DNA from: Curvularia clavata
Lineage: Eukaryota
NCBI GenBank assembly: GCA_023920165.1
Contig: CP089280.1
Location: 2,294,001-2,358,000, forward strand
DNA: 64,000 nt
Reading direction: 5' to 3'
In this document: piece by piece, positions 24,801 through 37,295 of the stretch
Numbering within the stretch: position 1 is the stretch's first letter
How the letters are laid out: each line of letters opens with the position of its first letter
Translations under genes and position numbers: made by a program
Notes under the pieces: model-generated
Seen by the model: the letters and a program-made list of their open reading frames with translations, nothing else
What the model was told of the DNA's origin: nothing
The model's database searches: none

Positions 24801-26252
24801 CTATTCGTCGTCACTGTCCTCTATTTCCTCTTCGCCTTGCTCTTCGTTACTCTCGTCTTCGTCAGCCATGCTTGTTTCGGGAGTGCCTTCTCTTGCACGC
24901 AGCTGCGCCTTAAGGCCGTCCAGAATAACAGCCATCCGCCCCTTCAGATCAGGATTCCATACTTGGCTTATCTGGCTCTCCATCTCTTGAATCTTTTTCC
25001 GCAGCTCCTCTGCCACAGTATCTTCTTCCTCCTCTTCCTCCTCTCCGTCCCCGGATCCAGGTCCATCTTCCACTTCAATCCCACCACCAAAAGCACTCGC
25101 AAAATCCGTAGCCATCTTCCGATTTGCAATTGCGAACACGACTTCCTCGATACATGGCCAAACTTCCACATTCGCAACTGATCCTTTACTCTTTCTCTTA
25201 TTCACAGCACTCGTCGACGCCTCGCCATTCAGCACCCTTCGAAACGCCTCTGCAACATCCCTGACCGGATTTCCATATGCGCCACAACCCCACGCACCCA
25301 AGACTAACTTCGCAACTCCCCTCTGCTCCGCCATTCTTAGCACAGCCCGAATCTTCTTCTCTACGATCTCGCGATCCTTTTTCCCCAACCTCTTCTCCTC
25401 GTCTTCCTCACCTTCAAGCTCAGGAAAACGCAGCATACCCGCCGTGATGGCATCGATATACCATCGCTCTGTGGGAACAAGCTCTCCCTGAGAATCTCCA
25501 AGCGGAAGCGCGTTCCGGAATACGAGCACGTCGTGTGTATAGATGCCGCCTTGTTCAGGGAGCCGGTAGTATTCTTCCTTGAGCGAGGGGAGTAGCGTGG
25601 TACGCGCACAGAGAAACTCTTCTTGGGACGTTGCGCCTGCGTAGACGCCGCCGCCGGGGCGGAGAGGAGACGCCATGTTGAGAATGCATACATTTGGAGC
25701 TTTTTTGTTTGAAGGTTTTGCTAAGGTCGCTAAGGGCTGGGAGAGTATATGTGCGGCGGTAAGAGTGTCCGTCGTGATAATGCGTATACTTCGTTCTTTC
25801 TTTGGTGAAGACGGGGCTCCAGGTTGCAACGTTAGGTTTGATAGTTCCTCGTCGAGAGAATCATTGCGCTTTCTTCCTTTGGCTTTAGTTTGCCCTTTGA
25901 CTCCATCTCTTTTTGTGTCACTAACGCCTACACCACCATCTTCGTCAAAAGTCTCATTGCCTTTAACTTTTCGTCTTCCTTGCCCCTTTCGCTTCACGTA
26001 TTCTGTGGTTTCGCCTTCACCACCATCACCATGCGCACGTGCCCCATCCTTGCTCTGGCCTTCTCTTCCTGCTGCTCCGACGGGGCCAGGGTTGGCGATA
26101 AGTTCGCTGCCATCTACACCTCGTCGAGCGCGCGCATTCGATGTCAGAATGGCAGGCACTACTTTATTGATAATGTGGCGTGCCTGTTTGGCTCGAATGT
26201 CTTTGCGAATGGCGGGTGGCGCTAAACCCTGCGATTTTTCTGTGCGACCCAT
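24801..26252 (-). CDS. Bacterial-type poly(ADP-ribose) glycohydrolase (DUF2263/TIGR02452 macrodomain)
   Basis: NMASPLRPGGGVYAGATSQEEFLCARTTL (GGG-X6-QEE PARG signature) and LVLGAWGCGAYGNP. First ATG at 26252. Confidence 0.82.
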   Translation of the reverse strand: MGRTEKSQGLAPPAIRKDIRAKQARHIINKVVPAILTSNARARRGVDGSELIANPGPVGAAGREGQSKDGARAHGDGGEGETTEYVKRKGQGRRKVKGNETFDEDGGVGVSDTKRDGVKGQTKAKGRKRNDSLDEELSNLTLQPGAPSSPKKERSIRIITTDTLTAAHILSQPLATLAKPSNKKAPNVCILNMASPLRPGGGVYAGATSQEEFLCARTTLLPSLKEEYYRLPEQGGIYTHDVLVFRNALPLGDSQGELVPTERWYIDAITAGMLRFPELEGEEDEEKRLGKKDREIVEKKIRAVLRMAEQRGVAKLVLGAWGCGAYGNPVRDVAEAFRRVLNGEASTSAVNKRKSKGSVANVEVWPCIEEVVFAIANRKMATDFASAFGGGIEVEDGPGSGDGEEEEEEEDTVAEELRKKIQEMESQISQVWNPDLKGRMAVILDGLKAQLRAREGTPETSMADEDESNEEQGEEEIEDSDDE

Positions 26253-26849
26253 ATCCACACAGAATCGCCTCTATTAGTTGGCAGGCAGACCCAGGAAAGA
26301 ATACTGATATTTATGACGTTCCAGAAGGAGAGATGTATCGAGAGCGATTGGGAATGCGCAAGATATGATTTGAGAGTACTATGTTGGTTGGTTGCGAGAA
26401 GGGGACTATGACGTTTTCGGTAGATAGTGTGGAGCTTTCCCGTCTAACGTCACAGCATGACTTCTATCCGCAGCTTGTCCCAACTACTAATTTGTCATGA
26501 GATGCAATACTTCATCCGTATTCGATGCCAAGTCGAGTCCGCCTGATACAGGAACAGTTCGGCGAATGGTAGGACGTCTCGACCAATACCCTCCTTTGCT
26601 TGTCCTCAACAACCACATTTATCTGAGAATTGCAAACACATCATGAGTGCATAACATTCTACCAAAAGCTATGGAAATTGTGGATGCTTTACCCCCATTC
26701 AAGTCATGGTTTTTTTCTCTTTACATTTCGGCTGCCGTATTATCGGCATACTAACCTCTTAAATATCCCCCCTTATTCCTCTTCCGCTGATCAAATCTGT
26801 TGCGAAACTCACTCCAGGCAATACAATATAGGCTTCGCATCAACCCAAT

Positions 26850-28771
26850 ATGATGTCTCCTATCCAGCACCTCCTTACTATTGGTGCCGTGGCCTCAGCC
26901 GTCTTCGCAGCTCCCACGCCTGCCGAAATTGATGGTCCAGCATGCGCGCCTCTTCCTCATGGTAGCGGTCTTATCCCCAAATCTGATACTGCCGAAGCTT
27001 TCCAGTCTTTTGCTCCCTTCGCTAGGGCTGCCACCTCTGCCGCTACCCCCATCGGATATGTTCAGGCGTATTCTAACCTGCTCACTACCTTCAATGAGCC
27101 CTCTCAGTTCGTCCGCTACATGAACTTGGATTCTTATGACGTTCAGAAATGTAAGCCAACAGATAAATTTCTTAAACGTGCAAATCTTCTATGAGCGTTT
27201 TTTTCAGAGCTAGTTGACTTCAGGTTTAACAACCTCTTTGCATATGCTTAATAGTCTCTACCATCGACTAACTGTCCCAGGCGCCACTGAATGTAACAGC
27301 GAGGCGAGATGCAACGCTTTCGCCATCTTCTTTGAACGCTCCCCCCTCCTCAAGCCTGGTAAGGGCTGTGAAAACCCCGGTTCAAGCACTTTGATCAAGT
27401 GCACCATGTGGTCTGGCACCATCTTGCCCAACGTCGCTGTCAACAAGGGACAGATGCGCACTAAATTCAGCGTTGTCATGGCTGGCTCCAACGCATACGT
27501 CAAGGATATAGCCTTTGATGGAGACAATAACATCACCCCAGTTGTCCCCAAGGGCTGGGCTACGCAAAAGTATAGCAATGGTGCCGCTATCTTAGCACCG
27601 CTCGACTGCCACGGCGTCGACACCTATATGGGGATGTCGTACTGGCGTGACGGTAAATTCGATGCTCAAAGATGCATCAACGCCTGCGAGGCGGCTGGCA
27701 AAACCGATCTCCAAAACCGCAAGTGCAACTTTGTCAACACGTACATGCTGCGCAAGAACGGCGTCCCAGTCTCGCAGCACTGCGCCATGTTCTCTCAATA
27801 CTGGCCGGCTCTGTAAGTATCCCGCAGATCTCTCATTCCTTCATCCTATATACAAAAAACAAAAGCTTACCAAGTGACAGCTTTGCCACCAACACAGGCC
27901 AACTCCGCGGTCCTGTCACGGTTGAGATTTCAACTGATTCTTACGGGTACGTCCAACCACCAATACACTTTTCGATCTTCATGTACCCAAACTCAAGCTA
28001 ATTCCTCAAATCAGCATTCGCCGCTCGGATGTCAAGTACACCGCCTGCTACAACCTACCAACCTCACAAACCCACGTCTCTCTCCCTTCCCCCATCATGC
28101 TCAAACCCCCCACCGTTCCACCATCCTCTCTTATCCCCTCACTTCCCACTATTCTGCCCCCATCCCTCATCCCATCTCTTCCCACTAACCTAGACCCCTC
28201 TCTTATTCCGTCACTTCCCACTACTGTACCATCCCCTCTAATCCCCTCTCTTCCCGCTATCGTACCGTCACTTCCCACCATTGTACCGTCACTTCCCACT
28301 ATTCTGCCCTCATACCTCCTTCCATCTCTTCCTAGGATTCTAAACTCCTCTCTTGTTCCGTCGCTTCCCACCACTCTCCTCTCCTCTCGTATCTCCTCAC
28401 TTCCTACACCAATCCCTTTTAAAATCCCAGCGCTACCTATAAATCTGAACCGCCCTCCCTTCATATTACCCCGCGCGACCTCGACTCCCGCCTCCACCAT
28501 CAAGACGCTATCCGTCCGCTCGGGTGTCCCCTCCCCCACCCCGGTCCCTATTGCTGCCACTGCGACTACCGCGCCTGCTCCAGCCGCCAACGACGTTGAA
28601 AACGGCGATATGATCTTGGTCTTCGAAACCGCTCCATCCGCCTACTCAACTACCACGATTGTTTCTGGAAGCAGTGAAAAGCCAGTTTCTAGAACGACAA
28701 TGACAGTTGACCCATATCTCACGCCAGGGGTGTATACGTTTCCGACGCCTACAACAGTCTACTTGGCATAA
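26850..28771 (+). CDS. Secreted Cys-containing protein (PAN/apple-like modules) with Pro/Ser/Thr-rich repeat tail
   Basis: Signal peptide MMSPIQHLLTIGAVASAVFA. Introns 27151-27280, 27813-27880 and 27947-28014 link four ORF pieces in frame. Two C-x3-C..C.(A/F)F modules; PSLPT repeats. Confidence 0.72.
28120..28410 (+). repeat. Coding tandem repeats encoding (L/I)(I/V)PSLPT units
   Basis: About 9 imperfect copies of cc(g/c)tc(a/t)cttcccac(t/c) with 21-36 nt spacing. Confidence 0.8.
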
Positions 28772-29234
28772 GTGGAGGAAGCGATGATTGGGGGTATGTT
28801 GTACCGCTGCGTATGTCAGGCAGTCTTTGGCGCAGAGCGAAAGGGGCTGAGACGAGGAAAGTAGTGAAGTGTGTTGTGCAGAGTGCGTGTATGGCGGTAC
28901 GATGTCTGCCATATCTAGTATACATCTTTGTCTTTATAATTCTTTTGCATGATTCAGGATATTAGCAGCATGCTTATTCTTTGGGTCGAATCTCCATGTC
29001 AAGGGCGGAGCGATGATAATAAGATTCCCTGGATGAGCCTGAAATGTCACTGTCTTCAAAAGATCAAGAAGTTGCTTTTTTTCACCAGAATTGCAACTGT
29101 TTGGAATGGCTACGACAAATTGCATTCAAAGTTTGCAACAGCGATAATACTGTGCTTTTATGATGCTCTCGTAATGCTATCGTTCTTGACTACTATTTCA
29201 ACCATACATTGGCATTGCACCGAAGGACAAGCGA

Positions 29235-32200
29235 TTAACGGTCGCGCTCCTTAAGCTCTTCCGCCACGGCCTTGAGTCCATTCTGATGTTCCTTTGAGAC
29301 GTGTTCCCAATATTGTGCCCACACACGTGAGTGTGGATCATCGTGTCCCGTACCAGCTTCGGTACCCATCTGCTTGTTGATCTGTAATGAAATCTTGAGT
29401 ACACCTTTTGCGCCTTCGTTGATCTTTTCAATCTCTTGCTTGACGGCATTCTCTTTTGGCTTGACAGAGAGCACGGTGCGGAAGTTTTCGGCAAGCTGCT
29501 CAAGGCGTGAATGCACTTGGTCAGGGGCAATGACCATAAGCTTTGTAAGCATGAGGTTGCAGAGGATGCGGATATCATGCTCATCGGTGACGCCAGCGAC
29601 TATACGATCGAAAAAGTCGGAAATCTCGAGAGGCGATAACCGAGCAAAAGCCTTCTCGAGAAGAGCATACAACGTCTCGTACGCGCTCTTGCGGATCTCC
29701 AGGCCGTCGTCAACCTTGTGTTTGAACGGACCCATTTGCACTTCGCGAATAAGCTCAGGTTTGACAACAGTCTCCTTCATTGCTAGAGGCAGTAGCTGGT
29801 CGAGCGCAGGCAAGATAATATCCGGTTTGTTGTGCATTGCAGAGTTGAAAGTCATGAGGGCCAAGCGACGATTTTCCAGGTCTGGTTCATTGAGCATTTG
29901 TACCAGCATAGGCACGACTATCGGCTTGAGGTACTCGTCATAGGCTTCATCAGTATCGGTGAAAGTGTAGCGAAGCGCAGAGATGACCATAGCGCGGACG
30001 CCTGCTTTGCGATCGTCCAAGAACGCCTAGGGAACTGGTTAGCTTTCGAGGTTGTGAAGGATAAAGATATTTACCTGAAGTTGTGGAAGATATGTCTTGG
30101 GGTCAATGATGGTCAGCCTGCCGATACACTCTGCGCCAATCGCCTTATTATCTTCAAGCTGAGATGCAACGACAAGGTTCTGCCAAAGTGTCGAGGCATA
30201 AGGAATAATCTCTGACTCTGTATCATCATGTTGAAGAATCTCCTTGATGGCGTGCAAGAACAAGTACTGTGGAGCTGAGGGTTGGCCCATGTTCGATAAA
30301 ATGACAGGTAGATATTTGCCAACGCTTCCAGCACCTGCTCTTCCAAGGGCAACTGCAGCTGCGAGTGGCACGTTTTCTGACTTGGCAGAAAAGTACTTGA
30401 TGAACAGCTTGGGATCAATGCTCGATTGAGACCCCAGCCGCAATGCAGACTCTCCGAGCACGACTAGGGCGAGACATCGGCGTTTATCATCAGGCGCAGT
30501 CTCAAGCTCAGTGACGAACTGTTCAAGTTTCACACCAACACTGTCTCCGCCATAAACGAGGAGATTTCCAATGGCCTTGCCAACAACCTCTGCATGTCCG
30601 GACACGCCAACTTGCTGCAGCAAAGCCTGCATCAACTCTTTTCCAACTCGCTGCTCACCGATGGTGCGGACAAGCTTGAGTAGTGCATCGAGAGGCATTC
30701 CGCTGATGGACCCCTGGGCAACTTGGCATAGCGCCGTGGTCAGACTGGGTGTCATAATAGCTTGTGCATCATCCTTGACGAATGCAGCAAGAATGACAAG
30801 GGCAGGACCCAAAAGGTGAAGGTCGTTGGCGTTGAGTAGTGGCAACAACACGTCAACCACTTGTACCCTCGTCTGATTGTCTAGTAGACTACGTGACTGT
30901 GGGTTCAGTGCAAGAGTACGAAGTGCACTCAGGCTGGCACCTCGAAGAGCGCGGCTCGCCTTTCGCAGCTGGGCACCCAGTTCCAAGGCGACGCTCTGTA
31001 CCCACTTGTCGGACAGTTCGTCTTGTGCTTTAGTATGGGCAGCGATCGAGTCGATCGCGCGAACCGAAGCAAGACGTGTAAGCTCGTTCTTGAGACGCTC
31101 GGCTAGAAGCTCGAGACCAGCTGTTCGCTTCTGTGAGCTGAGCAAGCCTTGGGCTCCTGAGCTCCGACCCAGTAGCAATCCAAGAACGTGGATGGCACTT
31201 CGACGTACTTCAACATCTGCGTCGTTTGCTGATATCCTGCTGACCAGCGAGTCATACAGCTGTTCCAGGTATTGCTGGTTTTCGGTACCTGACGCGGCCG
31301 ATCGGGGAGGTGTGAGGGCCTTGATGACCTGTTCAGTTGCTGCAAGAGCTTCAATAGAAAGCTTGCTGTACTTCTCCTTTACTCCGCGGAGAAGTGCATC
31401 GACAATCGGTGCCAGGTATGGCTGAATGGATTTGGATGGGTGAGTATCTGATATAGCTCCTATCAGCTGTAGGGCTTGAGTTCGCAAGCTGTTGGCTGTA
31501 GCTGAAGCACTACTTGTTGAACCTCCCGTAGTCTTTGCAGCTTCCACGACAGGATCGATGAGCTGACTGAGGAAGCCGTCAAGACCGCCACGCTGAGTAA
31601 TAACGATGTCTTTGATCAAAGAAATCGATGCCTGCTTGGTGGTTGGAGGACACGACGTCTGTTTAAGAAGTTGTGAAACGCCCTTGACAATTTCTGGGCT
31701 GAGCTTCGCTAAACTGGCCCGAGGGCCTACTGGAGGAGTACCAGCGGGTGCGGGTGAAGCATATCCCATGGACAATGAAGAACTTGCCTGAAGATCGAAC
31801 ATACTAGCGTCACTGCCACCACGACGACGCTTCTTGCTTGGTGGCGGCATCATGCCTCCGTGAGTTGTCTCATCTGCAAACTTGACGGGGGAGGGACCAT
31901 CGCCTGACTTCTTCACCAGGTTTGACAAGGTGGCAATAACCTCTAAGCGCACATTGTCTTCACGCTCCTTGAATCGTGAAATGAGTGCTGGTGCAACTCG
32001 GCTGTAAAGGGTTCCGTCTTCGAGAAGGTCCCCGTTACTCCGTGTTGAGATGAGTGTGTAAAGAACCTTGGCTGCACATCTACGAACCTTCCAGCTAGCG
32101 TCATCGTCATCGTCGTAACCTGTCTCTTCTTCGAAATCCTCGCCTTCTAGCGCATCTTCCTCGTCGCTCGGCATATCGTCATCATCTTCGTCGTCGTCTT

Positions 32201-33302
32201 GCGCAAGATTAGGGTCGTACTTCAAGTAACGCGTTGCGGCTTCAATGGTCTCGTCAGTGTATGGGCGCATGTCGTTTGAGCAGGAGGCAAGGAAGCCGTC
32301 GAGCGCAATGAGGGCAGCTTCCAGAACTTCGTCAATCTCAGGATCACGCTCTCCCTCGTCGTCTGAAACATCCATCTCCTCGGCCTGCTCTTCAGAGCTC
32401 AAAGCACTTAGGACGAATGGCGCGAGAGTCTTCAGGTAAGGTCCAAATTTACGAGGAATGGAACGAGCCATAGAGCCTAGGATAGTGATGTATAGCTTCC
32501 GTTTGCTGCGAGTGAGATGCGCGTCCCGTAAAAGCTCAATCATTTTAGAAAGAAACCCGCTTAGCAATGCATCAGAGAAGTATCCTGCCAGTGTTGAGAT
32601 GGCAGTGACAGACTTCTTCTTCATCATAGAACTCGCACGATCACTCTCGAGAACAAGAAACGTGATCTGCTGTAACGCCTGTATCTCAGCATCCTGGAGC
32701 ATCGAGCCAAAGCACCGAGCGACCTCTATGAGCACGTCGATAGCGTTGCTGTCTGTTCCCTTGTCCAGGTCTTCTTGCAGCATGCCCTTGGGTGGCTGTG
32801 TGAGACCCTGCTGCGCTGGGGGTATAACATTGTATCCGATCAAGCGGGGAATCAGCACCCTGCTGATGGCACTGTACGCGTTGACAACAGCCTTGCTGCG
32901 CGCCGCACCGTGAATGGGACGTGGGAGGGAAACGACGACTTCTCGGAGCGCAAGTGCTGGTATTGACTGGTCGACGGTATTGCCTGTAGGGAGTGTAGAG
33001 AGCTTGTCGATCATAACGGGCAGCGTCTTCTCGCTGATCTTGTTCACAAACGGCCCAAGGCACTTGACAGCCTGATTTTGGACTTCGCCATTGGTGTCTA
33101 CGAGTGTCGTAAGCAGGCCTTCGACCGTCTTTGCCGCGATAACGTCATCGTGAAGGAGGAGGCCAGGGTGAGCGACGACGAGAATGTCATGCAAGTCACT
33201 CAGGGCCATGAAGCGGAAGTCCGGGTCATCATCGCCGAAACGCGGCAGCAATTGGGCGACATTGTGTGCGGTAGGGTTGGGCGGAACCGACGAGGGCGCC
33301 AT
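29235..33302 (-). CDS. CAND1: Cullin-associated NEDD8-dissociated protein 1 (CAND1/TIP120)
   Basis: DPDFRFMALSDL, NGEVQNQAVKCLGP, acidic loop then DASWKVRRCAAK, and beta-hairpin LIREVQMGPFKHKVDDGLEIRKSAYE. One intron, 30027-30074. Confidence 0.95.
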
Positions 33303-33925
33303 GTTGGGTGGTGTTTGGAAGTATACAGCTCTCAAAGACAGGCGGGGCAGCTATGGTGGGGTTGGAGCTGTGGTCGCTGGAGCTGTTACGGATACACCGA
33401 AAGAGGAGAAGAAAGGAAATGAAAAGACGAATGCAAAAGCTAGCAATCGAGCTGAGAGATGGTTAGGTGTTGAAGGCACCACTGGCCTTTTTGGAGCAAA
33501 GGAAGCTTCTATCGAAGGAAATGGATTGTCGTTGCCTGCGCGTTACTCTGAAGAGCGCGAACCGTGCGCACGGTCGTTGTGCTGTATATGCATTGCACCG
33601 CGGAACGAGGAGACTCGCGCAATCTGGGCAGCTGGAAACCGAATGCTGTGCCAGAATGATCCAAACAAGCTGAACCGGCACAGGCCTCTCGTTCGTCACG
33701 AAAAGAAGCTATCCAGATACATGGAGCCGCAGACGGCCTGCTACTCCCAGCCGTGTTGCGATGCATGCACGTGACCTACTAGAGCTGGTAGGGTTAGTGC
33801 GCCCCAGTGACGTACCGATTATTCTCGCACTCCATGACCTGATCTCTACCTCACGCGCATCATAACAGTGATCCTCTCATCAATTGCCCGTCGCGAGCTT
33901 CAATTAGCCTCTCCATAGCTTCATC

Positions 33926-34915
33926 ATGTCTTTCATACGATCTTCCGCACTGCGCGCTTCCTCATTCGCACGAGCTGCTCGCCCGACCAGGTGTATCCGC
34001 GCTGCCGAGCTCCAGCCATGGCAACGGGCGGTTCAGCGCAGAACCTACGCCAGCGCCCACGGCGCCCACGGTGAGACCAAGAGCAGTGATGTTCCATGGT
34101 ATGTCGAAATATCGTATTTCTCGAGCTTGGACGAATGTCGACTAGCAGGAGACACCTTTTGAGTATGAGCAGTTGGGTTGTTTCCTTGGTGTCTTCTGGG
34201 ATTGTGGATCATCGACTTTTATGCTCTCTAGAGCAGGGACCTGAATTTAGCTTTTGAAATTTTCTGCCCTCGCCTAGCATGTGCTAACATGAACCCCTCA
34301 GGATGGCAGCAGCTGTAACTGGAACCGTTGTCGGTCTTTACGTTGTCGTAAACCAAAACACAAACCACGGCGATGAGCACCACCCCCTCGGTGACCCTCA
34401 CGGCGAAGGAGGTGCCAAGAAGACCGGTACGGATGCAACCGTACACAAGCAGGAGGAGCCCAAGGAAGAGCCCAAGGAAGAGCCCAAGGAGGAGTCCAAG
34501 GAGGAGCCTAAGGAGGAGCCTAAGGAGGAAGCCAAGGAGGCGCCAAAGAGTGACCAACAGGATCCTTCCAAGCCCACCAAAGAGAACAGCGAGGAAAAGG
34601 ACACGCAGTCTCCGGATGAGTCTGATAAGGTTGGTAGACTCTGGACTGAAAAAAAAAGACTGCCCATGCTAACTTTCGCAGCCTGATCCCCGCAAGGAGC
34701 AGACCAAGAGCACCAACGAGACGTCTGGCAAGCAGAGAGGCCTGTCCAACGACAACACGGAGCACACTTCGCAAATCTCCAAGCAACCCGAAAAGAGCAA
34801 GAAGGGTGAAGGTGTTGCGGAAACCGCTAAGCTGCAAGGAACCGTCTCGACTGACCGCCCAGGCGCGGAGAACAAGGAGCAACGCGGCAACACCAAAATG
34901 GACAAGGACGAGTGA
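33926..34915 (+). CDS. Hypothetical mitochondrial single-pass protein
   Basis: R/S/A-rich presequence ending RRTYAS, then KSSDVPW + hydrophobic TM and an acidic hydrophilic tail. Introns 34099-34301 and 34630-34681. Confidence 0.7.
34453..34536 (+). repeat. 12-nt coding tandem repeat (EEPK)x7
   Basis: ga(g/a)gagcc(c/t)aag units encoding EEPKEEPKEEPKEESKEEPKEEPKEEAK. Confidence 0.85.
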
Positions 34916-35867
34916 AGCTGAAGCGGACTCCGACTTCTCCTTCATGGACTACCAAAAAGCTTGCGGCGATGATGCCTAGTCGCCTGCCCTGTATAATGTG
35001 TGATATTAAAACAACTAATGACATCACTACCTACTTCTATCTGTTCAACTTTTGGACCCATCTGAGACTCATATGGAGCATGCATTCTCAGTATCTTGTC
35101 GAAGCATGACTCATGTCAAGTCCACGATGCTATGATAATGTATATGCTGCGAGTCATTATGGGCTGTTGTTCTAAGCCTCAGGTCACCATCGTGAGACGT
35201 ACAAGACTGACTCGACGCAAATTGTCGCCGCCACTGAGGCTGTGCGTATTTGTGATTTGTCTGGGATGATGCCAGCAATGCTGGCCAGCTGTGATAAAAG
35301 CGCCTCAGCCATGCTTCCCCACAGCGGTCCGGAAAGGCGCAAGGTGGACGAGACGGGCTGCTGATTGGCTGGAGGTCCTCGAGCCGAGACGCCCGCAAGC
35401 GCCGACCATCTCGCTCCGCGTCCCTGTCACACCTCAACTCCATCGACAATTGGCCACGCCTGCGCCTCAACTGCACGTCTAAAAAGAGGACCGACTTACG
35501 GCGGGAGCTCTGCGAATCTGCTTGCACAATGTCGCTCGCCTACGACATGAGGCACAGCCAAGAGCCAACCAGAGCGCGAAGCGTCTCTAATGCAGAGCCG
35601 ACTTTCTGTCGGACTTGTACTTGTGCAGGTATAGACTCGCCGTTCAGACCTCTGGCCCCAATATGAGGCCTCCTGGCCCCCGGGCTTGATCTTCTTCCGT
35701 ATCTCAGTCCACCTTTCAAAAGTTTATAGCTGGTTGTGCCTCGAAAACGTCCCGCTCACACTACTCGAAATCAATGGCACTTTGAGATACAACAACGCTA
35801 TACCTTGCTACTCGTTTGCCCACGGTACCAGATTTAGAACAGGTCCATTCGAAACATACTCCACATC

Positions 35868-37295
35868 ATGGAATACAAGCAGTATGGACAGAGCCAGCAG
35901 GCTCAGCCTCAGATGACCTCACGACAGCACAACCGCTTCTCATGGCAACAGCCCTTGGAAGATGAGGCGCCACCCTATCAAGAGACACAACAGCAGGCGC
36001 CACAACATCAGCCCCAGCAAAACGCGACACAGCAGTACCCTGCTCAGCAGCACTATCAGCAAAACCCACAATATCAACAACAACAACAACAACAACAACA
36101 ACATCAGCAGCAGCAGCCTCAGCAACATGCCAACACAGATGCCTCACGACATTTCTCCTACGCACAGACACCAGCAGAGATGCGTGCGTTTGTATACACA
36201 TCATCTGCGGATGATCCTCCAATGCCACTCTCTATGCCCATATCCCTTCCGACCTCCCCAGTGGGATACACGCCAATCGATCCCCGACCGCAGTCCATGC
36301 TCGATTCCCAACTTCCGGTCATTCCACGGCAGTCACATGCAGCTGACGTAACGCCGTCTCACCCGCAGGAAGTCCAATCACCCGTCTCGCCCGTCTCGCC
36401 TCAGCATTCTTCATATACACAGACTCAGCAGTTCTCTCCTGTTTCCCCAATACCATATCCACAGCCTGTCCAGCATGGACCTCAGGTGAATACACAACAA
36501 AGCAGGCATGCGCGACAAATGAGCAACCTATCGCCCATCAACACCAACGTACGGATACACACCATGCCAACGATTCCTCCTACCCCTCCATCAGGGACTC
36601 ATCAGACGTCACCGCTACCCCAAAAAGCACCCATAACACCCATTTCAGCCAACTCCATGCACAAAGAGCAACCGCGAAACATTTCTACTTCTCCTACCAA
36701 TCAGACATCGTTCGCACATGAGCCATATTCTCCCCATGGCTTCGCAAGCCAAACCAACAACTTCCACGCCGTCTTCTCTCCAGACGCTGCCCACGGTCCC
36801 AACGGGCTGGATTTCGCTGCGCATCAGCCGGGACAGATTGCGCACCCCAACATGGAGTCTGAGAGCTCCCACCAATGGCAAAACAGTCTTTGCGCATGCA
36901 GTCCCGAGCCTTCGACATGCTTCACTGGCCTGTTTTGCCCTTGCATCTTATATGGTCGCACTTCATATCGCCTCTCTCAGAAATCGGCAAAGAACGATCC
37001 AACGGACATGCTAGGTCACAGCTCCACTAATGGACATTGCATGGTCATGGGTTTATCATGTGGATTATGGTGGCTTTTTCCCATGCTGCAACGGACTCGC
37101 ATCCGACGAGCGTACAAGATCAAAGGCAGCTTCGGTAGTGATTTGCTCAGGGGATGTTGCTGCTGTTGCTGTGTTGCTGTACAAAACGAGAGGGAAGTAA
37201 AAGGAAGAGAAGAAGCCAGCAGGCGTTGGGCGGGGCCGGCAAGCACAGATGTTTATACAAGGAGTGATGGCATGGTGTACAAACCACAGCAATGA
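35868..37295 (+). CDS. PLAC8-family Cys-rich protein with long Q/P-rich N-terminus
   Basis: WQNSLCAC..CFTGLFCPCILYG, RTRIRRAYKIKGS..D, CCCCCCVAVQNERE (PLAC8 QxxRE signature); intronless. Confidence 0.88.
   Translation: MEYKQYGQSQQAQPQMTSRQHNRFSWQQPLEDEAPPYQETQQQAPQHQPQQNATQQYPAQQHYQQNPQYQQQQQQQQQHQQQQPQQHANTDASRHFSYAQTPAEMRAFVYTSSADDPPMPLSMPISLPTSPVGYTPIDPRPQSMLDSQLPVIPRQSHAADVTPSHPQEVQSPVSPVSPQHSSYTQTQQFSPVSPIPYPQPVQHGPQVNTQQSRHARQMSNLSPINTNVRIHTMPTIPPTPPSGTHQTSPLPQKAPITPISANSMHKEQPRNISTSPTNQTSFAHEPYSPHGFASQTNNFHAVFSPDAAHGPNGLDFAAHQPGQIAHPNMESESSHQWQNSLCACSPEPSTCFTGLFCPCILYGRTSYRLSQKSAKNDPTDMLGHSSTNGHCMVMGLSCGLWWLFPMLQRTRIRRAYKIKGSFGSDLLRGCCCCCCVAVQNEREVKGREEASRRWAGPASTDVYTRSDGMVYKPQQ
36075..36101 (+). 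repeat. (CAA)9 microsatellite encoding polyglutamine
   Basis: Direct reading of the sequence. Confidence 0.9.

Noticed and set aside
28048..28590. 180-aa minus-strand ORF with VGSDG repeats
   Set aside because: Reverse complement of the PSLPT repeat exon.
29235..33335. CAND1 appearing as two ORFs, like the split CandA of Aspergillus nidulans
   Set aside because: A canonical 48-nt intron (30027-30074) joins them into one gene.
33766..33797. CACGTGAC box and TAGGGTTAG in the CAND1 divergent promoter
   Set aside because: Common fungal promoter words; a single telomere-like unit is not an array.
28120..34536. Tandem repeats as possible CRISPR-like arrays
   Set aside because: Both are in-frame coding repeats without unique spacers; eukaryotic context.
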